A DNA stretch of 32,000 nucleotides, from the NCBI GenBank assembly GCA_043808785.1, contig JAZDEL010000002.1, positions 210,001-242,000 of the forward strand, given 5' to 3'. The position numbers were made by a program, and so were the translations under genes. The notes below the pieces were generated by a model. It did not search any database, was not told where the DNA came from, and saw only the letters and a program-made list of their open reading frames with translations. The stretch's first letter is position 1. Each line of letters opens with the position of its first letter. Shown here in pieces: positions 23,289 through 30,300 of this stretch. This DNA is from Candidatus Iainarchaeum sp. (GTDB taxonomy: Archaea > Iainarchaeota > Iainarchaeia > Iainarchaeales > JAZDEL01).

Positions 23289-24110
23289 TCATCTCTTGAA
23301 ATAAGCAAATGTCTGCTTCCTGATTTCCTCCGCAATATGCGAATCCTGATAAACCACTACCTTAACTTTTGCTTCCTTTTCGAATATTTCCTCGAAAAGT
23401 TTGTCAACCTTAAGTTCGTCAAGCTTCTTTATTTTCCCATATATTTCATCCCAGCGCTTTTTTATTTCAAAGGAATAGTGGATTTCAACAACAGTATCGC
23501 CGATAACAAGCAAATCAATTGTCGCGGCAACATCTGCGCCGGTTATCTGCCTCACACCCTGCCTGCGCCAGAATTCCGCGCACCATTCATCAACAATGGT
23601 ATCGCCGCGGCAGAGAGAATAGAACTCAAAGTTCTCTGCAAGTTTCGCTATCTGCGCATATTCCTCCCGTGAAACAAAGAGTGGAGTGTAAAGGTGGCAC
23701 CAGTGCAGGCAGACAACAGGCTTTTTGCCATCTACTGCCTGCATTTTCATCAATTTCACAAAAAGCCTGTCTGTTTCGTTTACCGAATCTAAAACAAAAA
23801 CCTTGCCATGCAGTGCTGTTTCCTTCGGGCCATTTTCGTACGAAGATTCCAAGTTGCCGGATATTGCCTTTAACTGCTTTATCCAATCACGATTGAGTTG
23901 GTAGCCGCCATCTTGTTTTTCCATTATGCTGTCCTCTTCCATTTGCTGCAGAGTTTTGTGCACAGCCTGATAAGAAACCCCGCCGTTCATGCGGTTTATT
24001 TCCGAGTGAATCTGCTTCACGCTCAGTGGCCAGCGCTCGGAGAGCAAATTGATTACCTCGTCACGCGTGGATTTTGGCTTTGAACTGGGCAGGGTTATTG
24101 CCTGAGCCAT
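23289..24110 (-). CDS. Array paralogue 8 (type D1): wHTH plus uncharacterised C-terminal domain
   Basis: STRDEVINLLSERWPLSVKQIHSEI ... VSYQAVHKTL ... DWIKQL; KKPVVCLHWCHLYTP; YSLCRGDTIVDEW; VIGDTVV; the C-terminus ends DSHIAEEIRKQTFAYF. A GGAGGTG SD precedes ATG 24110. Confidence 0.7.
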   Translation of the reverse strand: MAQAITLPSSKPKSTRDEVINLLSERWPLSVKQIHSEINRMNGGVSYQAVHKTLQQMEEDSIMEKQDGGYQLNRDWIKQLKAISGNLESSYENGPKETALHGKVFVLDSVNETDRLFVKLMKMQAVDGKKPVVCLHWCHLYTPLFVSREEYAQIAKLAENFEFYSLCRGDTIVDEWCAEFWRRQGVRQITGADVAATIDLLVIGDTVVEIHYSFEIKKRWDEIYGKIKKLDELKVDKLFEEIFEKEAKVKVVVYQDSHIAEEIRKQTFAYFKR

Positions 24111-24975
24111 TTTTTCCACCTCCGAAATGTGCCAAAACCTGATTCCTGAGAACCGAAGCCATGTGCGGGTTTTTTGATATTTTTACGTCTATTTGGACCT
24201 TATTCTTCTTAATCGCATTCTTCAGGAAATATTCATTAAATAAGTCAAGCAGATTTGAGTTCCTGCCGTAAATTTCATCAATGAACTCCCTGCTTTCTTC
24301 GGAATATTTTATTTCATAAATGCCGTCTCCTTGAACTATTGTGTCGCCCTCCATGCTCCCAAGAGGCACGCCTGTTTTAAGGCCGCCGAAGCCTCCAGCA
24401 TAGTACTGTTTTGTTATCCACTTGTCCAGCGGGGAATTGTTCTCCACAAGTGCATATGTGGAATCTTGGGCGGCAACCATCCTCCTGAACAGTTCATAAT
24501 CCAGAAAGTTGAACCTCATGGGCCAGAGCAGGTGCCTGAATAATCCAGTGCCAATGTTGGGGCCGTTGCCGACTGCGACCTTCCTCCTCAACTGCTCGGC
24601 AGTTGAAACCACAAAAATGCTGTAATCGTTGTAAGTCAGATGCACCTCTCCCTTGAAATTCGGGTCAACATCGTATTTGCTGCCGTTTTTGAAATATGCC
24701 TCCTTCAGCCCGTCGGAGAAATTGCCGAGGTTTGTTATCCATGTTTCGCTTAGTTGATAATTCCTGTCCTGCTGCGTTATAACGCCAGCTTCCGCAAGTT
24801 CTGACATGTTCTTGTGTACAGCCTGATAGCTGACTTCCAGCGCGTACTCTCTCTTAATTTGAGTGCAGGCTTCCCTGGCAGTCAGCGGCCACTTTCTGGA
24901 GAGGATTGCAACAATCGCATCCTTTGTCGAGGCAGGCTTGCCCCAAGCGTTGAGCATTGTGAGGTTTATTGGCAT
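24061..24975 (-). CDS. Array paralogue 7 (type A1)
   Basis: STKDAIVAILSRKWPLTAREA ... VSYQAVHKNM ... TWITNL; GNGPNIGTGLFRHLLWPMRFNF; VQGD. The C-terminus is about 20 aa longer than A2 and overlaps the next gene by 50 nt. An AAGGAGG SD is present. Confidence 0.7.
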   Translation of the reverse strand: MPINLTMLNAWGKPASTKDAIVAILSRKWPLTAREACTQIKREYALEVSYQAVHKNMSELAEAGVITQQDRNYQLSETWITNLGNFSDGLKEAYFKNGSKYDVDPNFKGEVHLTYNDYSIFVVSTAEQLRRKVAVGNGPNIGTGLFRHLLWPMRFNFLDYELFRRMVAAQDSTYALVENNSPLDKWITKQYYAGGFGGLKTGVPLGSMEGDTIVQGDGIYEIKYSEESREFIDEIYGRNSNLLDLFNEYFLKNAIKKNKVQIDVKISKNPHMASVLRNQVLAHFGGGKNGSGNNPAQFKAKIHA

Positions 24976-25808
24976 TATTTCGCCTCCTTAAAAAGTGCAA
25001 TTGTCTCTTCTCTTATCTGGTCTGTAACCTCGGGGTCACGGTGGATGTCTATTCTGAATTTTTCAGTTTTTCCCTTGAACAGCCTCCCAAACAGTTTCCC
25101 GAGTTTAAGTTGTGCGAATGTTCTGGCTATTGTGCTTATTCTGTACCAGTCCCTTTTCAGGCGTGCGGGTAAATAAACATAGCCGACATAATCCCCATAG
25201 ACAACGACCTCGGGACTGAACGACGACTCCACGCCCAGTTTTATCTTTGCCCCCAAATCAGCATAGTTGCTTGCAATCATCCTGTCAACTGCAGTGTTGT
25301 TTCTTGCAACCAGATAGAATTTTGTCCTCTTTATGTTTTTCCTTGCCTGGATGTAATCCTCCTCTGAGAAGGGGAAAGTCGGCCATGCGCTCCACCATCT
25401 GCATACCCCGGGCTTGTTTTTTGGGTTTGGAGCATTGTGAAAGCGGTATACTATAAATCTGGAAAAATCTGAAAGGCAGTCAAAACTGAGGCTCGCGCTT
25501 TCTTTTTCCCAGATGTTGTCAAAATTGTTCTTCCCGTTATTGAGGTAAGCATCTTCCAGCCCTGTGCTGAATTTCTTAAGGTTTTTTATCCAGTCGATGC
25601 CTAACGAGTATTTTTTATCCGCAAGCGAGAGCATGCCTTCTTCTTCCATCTGGCTTAGCAGCTTATGTACTGCCTGATAGGATATTTCCGAACTATGCTG
25701 GCGCATCAGGCGCCCGTGGATTTCCTTTGCTGAGAGCGGGAACTCTTTGGCAAGAATCGAAACAACAACTTCTTTTGTCGACCCGCCGGTGCCGTTAAAG
25801 TTCATCAT
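24975..25808 (-). CDS. Array paralogue 6 (type B1)
   Basis: STKEVVVSILAKEFPLSAKEIHGRL ... ISYQAVHKLL ... DWIKNL; NPKNKPGVCRWWSAWP; YLVARNNTAVDRM; YGDYVGYVY; PEVTDQIREETIALF. Confidence 0.7.
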   Translation of the reverse strand: MMNFNGTGGSTKEVVVSILAKEFPLSAKEIHGRLMRQHSSEISYQAVHKLLSQMEEEGMLSLADKKYSLGIDWIKNLKKFSTGLEDAYLNNGKNNFDNIWEKESASLSFDCLSDFSRFIVYRFHNAPNPKNKPGVCRWWSAWPTFPFSEEDYIQARKNIKRTKFYLVARNNTAVDRMIASNYADLGAKIKLGVESSFSPEVVVYGDYVGYVYLPARLKRDWYRISTIARTFAQLKLGKLFGRLFKGKTEKFRIDIHRDPEVTDQIREETIALFKEAK

Positions 25809-26671
25809 GGTGCCTCCCTGTAAATCTGTATCAGCCGCCCGCGCGTCAGTTCCGCGAGTTCCCTGTTTTTTGTGAATGTTACATCAACACTTGCCTTTTG
25901 CTTTGACAGCTTTTGGCTAACAAATTCCTTAAACAGGCTTGATATGCCATCTATTCTTTCATAAACATCATCAATCAGTTTCTTTGTTTCATCAGAAAGC
26001 CTGCATTGGGTTATGGTATCGCCCTGCACCAAGATGTCATCTGCTATATCCTTAACCTCGCCGATTATTTTTGTATTTGGGACGCCCGCCCTTATGTATT
26101 GTTTCCTTATCCACCTGTCAAAAGGAGTGTCCTTTTGCAGCATCGCATAATTGTCAAGCCCGTTTCTTGCCATTCTTGCGAGCAGGCTGAAATCCATAAA
26201 CTTGAAGTTCAGTGGAAACCAGCCATGCCTCAGAATTGCTATGCCGTGTTTTGGCCCGGAACCTACCAGAACATTGCTGGCCATTATTTCCGCCATTCTT
26301 ACATAGAAAATGCTCAAATCGCTGAAATGCATCCTTATGGGCTCCTTGAAATCGGGCTTTATGGCATATTTCCCGCCGTTTTCGGAGCATGTGTTTTTCA
26401 GGTTGCCGAAGAATTCGTGCGATTGTGAAATCCAATCTTTGTTCAACTCAAAATTATTTCCGGTTTTGCATATGATGTTGCCTTCCTCAAGCTGCGCCAG
26501 CGTCTTGTGGACTGCCTGATAGCTGACATTCATGCCGCGCTCCCTCTCCAAGGAATTGCAAATCTCGCGCGCAGTGAGGGGCCATCTTTCGGACAGGATG
26601 GAAATAACCGCGTCTTTGGTGGAGGTTTCTTTTGTGGTGAAATTTGGAATAGTGACTGTTATCGGCATCAT
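25805..26671 (-). CDS. Array paralogue 5 (type A2)
   Basis: STKDAVISILSERWPLTAREICNSL ... VSYQAVHKTL ... DWISQS; GSGPKHGIAILRHGWFPLNFKF; VQGD. ATGA overlaps at both ends. Confidence 0.7.
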   Translation of the reverse strand: MMPITVTIPNFTTKETSTKDAVISILSERWPLTAREICNSLERERGMNVSYQAVHKTLAQLEEGNIICKTGNNFELNKDWISQSHEFFGNLKNTCSENGGKYAIKPDFKEPIRMHFSDLSIFYVRMAEIMASNVLVGSGPKHGIAILRHGWFPLNFKFMDFSLLARMARNGLDNYAMLQKDTPFDRWIRKQYIRAGVPNTKIIGEVKDIADDILVQGDTITQCRLSDETKKLIDDVYERIDGISSLFKEFVSQKLSKQKASVDVTFTKNRELAELTRGRLIQIYREAP

Positions 26672-27504
26672 TTCACCCCCTTGAAATGCTCAAGCGCCTG
26701 CTTCCTTATCTGGTCCGCGAGCCCCGGGTTCCTGTAAGTTACAACATTAATTTTCCCGCAGTTGTTGTGCATAAAGTCAAACCATGCCTTCAGGTCGAAC
26801 TGGTTGATTTTTTTCACATTATTTGCGCTTGACAGCCAGCCGTTCATGAGTACGGGGGGCCAGTGGACCTCCGCAAAGTAATCCCCGTTTATTAGGGTAT
26901 CAAAGCTGTCTATAGAATCGACACCAAGCTTCATCTTGAAGCCGACTTTGCCAAGTATCTGGCCAAATAGCCGGTCAAGTATTGTGTTGCCCTTTACCAG
27001 CGCGTAATATGGGGTGTTAATGCAGGCATCCAAAAGTATTTTCATGTCCTTTTCCGAAAGGCCGATTAGCGGATATGAGCGCCTTGCGAGGATTATCCCC
27101 GGCTTCTTATCGGGGTTGAGCTTTTGGTTGTGCAGATACGGGATGAGAAATTCTGCAAGCCTTATTGGCGAGTCAAATGTCATGTTCGCATGTTCGAACA
27201 TTTGCAGTTCCTCTGCGACTTTTCTCTCTTGATTTAGGTATGCCTCGGCAAGGTTGGCGCTGAACTTCTCGACATCCGAAACCCAGCTGCGGCTGAGGCA
27301 GTATTCTTTACCCGCCTTATCCACTATTCCTTCCTGTTCCATCTCCTGCAATATTTTGTGGGCGCCCTGATACGATATTTCCTTGCTATGTTCCCTTGCC
27401 AACCTTGCATGTATGCTTTTGCCCGTAAGCGGAAACTCCCTGCCGAGCAATTGGATTATGCATTCCTTCGTGTTCTGGCTGTTTGAAAGGAGGACGGTTT
27501 TCAT
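26668..27504 (-). CDS. Array paralogue 4 (type B2)
   Basis: NTKECIIQLLGREFPLTGKSIHARL ... ISYQGAHKIL ... SWVSDV; NPDKKPGIILARRSYP; YALVKGNTILDRL; NGDYFAEVH; NPGLADQIRKQALEHF. Confidence 0.7.
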   Translation of the reverse strand: MKTVLLSNSQNTKECIIQLLGREFPLTGKSIHARLAREHSKEISYQGAHKILQEMEQEGIVDKAGKEYCLSRSWVSDVEKFSANLAEAYLNQERKVAEELQMFEHANMTFDSPIRLAEFLIPYLHNQKLNPDKKPGIILARRSYPLIGLSEKDMKILLDACINTPYYALVKGNTILDRLFGQILGKVGFKMKLGVDSIDSFDTLINGDYFAEVHWPPVLMNGWLSSANNVKKINQFDLKAWFDFMHNNCGKINVVTYRNPGLADQIRKQALEHFKGVK

Positions 27505-28331
27505 TTCATCGCCCCCCTGAAATGCTCCATCGTCTGCCTGCGTATCTGCTCCGCAACCGCGGAATTTTTTATAATAACCAGATTCACGTCAACATTAGTT
27601 TCAAATGTTAACTTATACAATTCCGAAGGGTTAACCGCCCTCACCTTTTCTATCTGTTTGCAGAGTTTGTCCCATTCCTTTACAGCCTCGCCGAAATAGA
27701 TATAGCTGATGTAATCCCCGCCGACCATTACGTCGTGGTCAAATCTGAATTCATGGCTTACCTTTACCTTGCAGCCAAATTGCTTGAACGACTCGATTGA
27801 CATTCTGTCTATGAGATTATCGAAACCTGTCAGGGCGTATGCGCCCTTTTCGCTTATGAACTTTTTTGTAGCCGCATATTCCTCCTCCGACACGGTAATT
27901 ATCGGCCACATGTGGCGCCAGTGCATGACCTTCGGGCATTTATGCTGGCCGGGATATTTAAAGATATAATTCACTACGAATTTCCCCATGGACATCATAG
28001 ATGGAAATGTGAGGTTTACAATGTCTCTTTTCGCCAGTTCCGCAAGATTGTATTTTTCGTCCAGATATGCCGCACCGAATTCCTTTACCCCGTTTACCCA
28101 TTCAGGGTTCAGCACGTATTCCATGCCCTCCTTTTTCAGCACGCCGTCATCCGCCGCCTGCACAACGGCCTTATGCATCGCCTGATACGTCCCCTCAAAA
28201 GCGTGTTCGCGCTTTACGGCATTGTAAATTTCCTTTATCGTAAGGGGCTTTTTCTCCAGAAGCAAGGAGATAATCTTGTCCCTCGTTGATTTGAGGTTCG
28301 GGTTCGGGAAAATGCTGTCTGTGCGCGTCAT
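27501..28331 (-). CDS. Array paralogue 3 (type C1)
   Basis: STRDKIISLLLEKKPLTIKEIYNAV ... GTYQAMHKAV ... EWVNGV; KCPKVMHWRHMWP; YALTGFDNLIDRM; GGDYISYIYFGEAVKEW; NSAVAEQIRRQTMEHF. Confidence 0.7.
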   Translation of the reverse strand: MTRTDSIFPNPNLKSTRDKIISLLLEKKPLTIKEIYNAVKREHAFEGTYQAMHKAVVQAADDGVLKKEGMEYVLNPEWVNGVKEFGAAYLDEKYNLAELAKRDIVNLTFPSMMSMGKFVVNYIFKYPGQHKCPKVMHWRHMWPIITVSEEEYAATKKFISEKGAYALTGFDNLIDRMSIESFKQFGCKVKVSHEFRFDHDVMVGGDYISYIYFGEAVKEWDKLCKQIEKVRAVNPSELYKLTFETNVDVNLVIIKNSAVAEQIRRQTMEHFRGAMK

Positions 28332-29170
28332 TTTTTGTTCACCCCAAACTCCGCAAGGGTGCGCCTGCGTATCTCCTCCGCAACCTTCGCATTCTTCACA
28401 ACCACCACATTCACCTCAATCTCGCTTTCAAGCATGACCTTGTAGAATTCAACCAAATCGATATCCTCCGCGGTTTTTATTTTGCCGCAGATATCGTCCC
28501 ACAATTTAACCGCATCCCCGAAATAGATGTAAGCCACATAATCGCCGTAAACCATGACATCCGGGTCGAACCTGAACACAGGGTTCACCTTTATTTTGCA
28601 GTTATATTTCTTGAACGCCTCCGTAGAAAGGTTGTCGAGAGGGTTGTCGAAACATGTCAGGGTATATCCGCCAAACTTCTCGCAGAACTCCTTCGTTGTC
28701 ACGTATTCTTCTTTTGACAGGGTAATTAATGGCCACATGTGCCTCCAGTGTATTATCATGGGCTGATTTTTTGGGTTCGGGTAACGAGTGTAATAATTTA
28801 TTATAAACCTTGCCATCGATATAAGGTATTTGAAAGTGATGTTGGCAACATCCTTTTCCACGAGCTCGGCAAGGTTGTATTCCTTTTTCAGGTATGTTGA
28901 TTCCAAGTCTGCTCCGTAGTTTTTGATGGAACTTATCCAGTGCTCGCTCAGCATGTAGCCTTTTCCGTCGCGTACAACAACACCCTCCGCAAGCGCCTGC
29001 ATAATCGCCTTATGCGCTGCTTGGTATGTGCCCTCAAAACCGTGCTCCCTACTCAAGCGTCCGCATATTTCCTTTGCGTTCATGGGCCACTTTTCCGAGA
29101 GCAATGATATGATTGAATCGCGCGTTGATTTTGTGCCGCCGTTTATTTTAGGGATTGAAACGGTTTGCAT
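28328..29170 (-). CDS. Array paralogue 2 (type C2)
   Basis: STRDSIISLLSEKWPMNAKEICGRL ... GTYQAAHKAI ... HWISSI; NQPMIIHWRHMWP; YTLTCFDNPLDNL; YGDYVAYIYFGDAVKLW; NAKVAEEIRRRTLAEF. Confidence 0.7.
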   Translation of the reverse strand: MQTVSIPKINGGTKSTRDSIISLLSEKWPMNAKEICGRLSREHGFEGTYQAAHKAIMQALAEGVVVRDGKGYMLSEHWISSIKNYGADLESTYLKKEYNLAELVEKDVANITFKYLISMARFIINYYTRYPNPKNQPMIIHWRHMWPLITLSKEEYVTTKEFCEKFGGYTLTCFDNPLDNLSTEAFKKYNCKIKVNPVFRFDPDVMVYGDYVAYIYFGDAVKLWDDICGKIKTAEDIDLVEFYKVMLESEIEVNVVVVKNAKVAEEIRRRTLAEFGVNKK

Positions 29171-30022
29171 TTATTTCACCCCCTTCCTTTCGTATGCCGC
29201 CTTTGCCTCGCGCCTGAACTTTTCCGCGAGTGCGGGGTTTTTGACTATGAGCGCGTGCACATCAACTTTCGGCTTTAGCACTGTGTCAAAGTATTCATTC
29301 ATGTCAATGTCGTCCGCGCACTTTATTTTTTTGTAGAGCGCATCCATACTATTCTTAAATTCAGGCGGAACGAAAACAAACATTATGAAATCGCCCTGTA
29401 TAAAGGTGTCGTTACCGGCAGAATAGTTGTAGCCGGTTACACACTTCTTTCCGAGCCTGCTGACGTAATCGGAACACCAGCGGTCCATAAATGTATCGTT
29501 TCTGCAGAGCCCGTAATGGAGCTCCTGGGCAAATAGTTTCTTGAGGTTTTCGTGCTCCTCGTTGGTTGCACCAATTATTGAATAAGCATGCTCCCATATG
29601 CAGATGCAGTTCTTTTTCTCAGGGTTAGGAAATTTCATGGAGTATTCGTTCACCAGCCATTTCGTGAACTCGAGAAAATTGTCGAATTTCAGGTGCGCGC
29701 TCCCCTCGAAATTGTTCGGGTCGATTTTGTTTCCGTTCCCGCTGTAGTTTGAATCAAGGTCGCTCCCCATCTGCTTTACCTTTCCTATCCACTCCCTGCT
29801 CAGCGCGTAACCTTTCCCCTCGCGCGAAAGCACGCCCTCCTGCAGCGCCTGTGAAACAGCCTTGTGCACCGCCTGGTAAGTTCCCTCGAATGCGTATGTG
29901 CGCTTCAGGCGGGAAAAAATTTCCTTCGTACCCAAAGGCCACTCCGAACCCAGGAGTGAAACAACCAGTTCCCTTGTGCCCCTGCCGTTCGCAACTGGCA
30001 GAGGCAGAGTCAGTTCGCTCAT
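29171..30022 (-). CDS. Array paralogue 1 (type D2), first gene of the operon
   Basis: GTRELVVSLLGSEWPLGTKEIFSRL ... GTYQAVHKAV ... EWIGKV; NPEKKNCICIWEHAYS; YGLCRNDTFMDRW; IQGDFIMFVF; NPALAEKFRREAKAAY. There is no SD before ATG 30022, unlike all internal genes. Confidence 0.7.
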   Translation of the reverse strand: MSELTLPLPVANGRGTRELVVSLLGSEWPLGTKEIFSRLKRTYAFEGTYQAVHKAVSQALQEGVLSREGKGYALSREWIGKVKQMGSDLDSNYSGNGNKIDPNNFEGSAHLKFDNFLEFTKWLVNEYSMKFPNPEKKNCICIWEHAYSIIGATNEEHENLKKLFAQELHYGLCRNDTFMDRWCSDYVSRLGKKCVTGYNYSAGNDTFIQGDFIMFVFVPPEFKNSMDALYKKIKCADDIDMNEYFDTVLKPKVDVHALIVKNPALAEKFRREAKAAYERKGVK

Positions 30023-30103
30023 CTTGGCACTAACTATATTTATCTGCAGGGAAATGGTTATAAAGTAAATTTTTTTGGCAAGAATGGATAAATACTTAAC
30101 TTT

Positions 30104-30154
30104 TTAATGGTTTTTGTGCATAATTGGTTTAAAAAATAACCAAAAAACCATTAA
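30104..30154. promoter_or_regulatory. 12-nt inverted repeat (TTAATGGTTTTT ... AAAAACCATTAA) in the divergent promoter region
   Basis: Perfect 12-nt arms at 30104-30115 and 30143-30154 enclose a nested GGTT-TAAAAAAT-AACC (30126-30141). A further AAATGGTTA lies at 30052-30060. Confidence 0.45.
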
Positions 30155-30194
30155 TTTGGAGATTATTTAGCCGAGGAAAGCAGGGTTATGTAGT

Positions 30195-30286
30195 AAGTTT
30201 TTGCACGGGCACAGGAATTTTTTGCACCGGGTGCGGCAATTTTTTGCGCAGGAAGGCTGAAAGCCGGGCACGGTAATTTTTTTCAC
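30195..30286 (+). promoter_or_regulatory. Phased direct repeats (AATTTTTTGCAC-type) upstream of the Lrp/AsnC gene
   Basis: AAGTTTTTGCAC (30195), AATTTTTTGCAC (30216), AATTTTTTGCGC (30238) and AATTTTTTTCAC (30275), with start-to-start spacing of 21, 22 and 37 nt. The first two units also share GGGCACAGGAA / GGGTGCGGCAA tails. Confidence 0.45.
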
Positions 30287-30300
30287 AGGGGGATGCGGGA

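Noticed and set aside
23289-30022. Whether the regular ~830-nt periodicity of the array could be a CRISPR-like or mobile-element repeat
   Set aside because: The repeat units are full-length, divergent protein-coding paralogues (no DNA-level identity runs noticed). There are no short direct repeats or spacers, no terminal inverted repeats, and no transposase or integrase.
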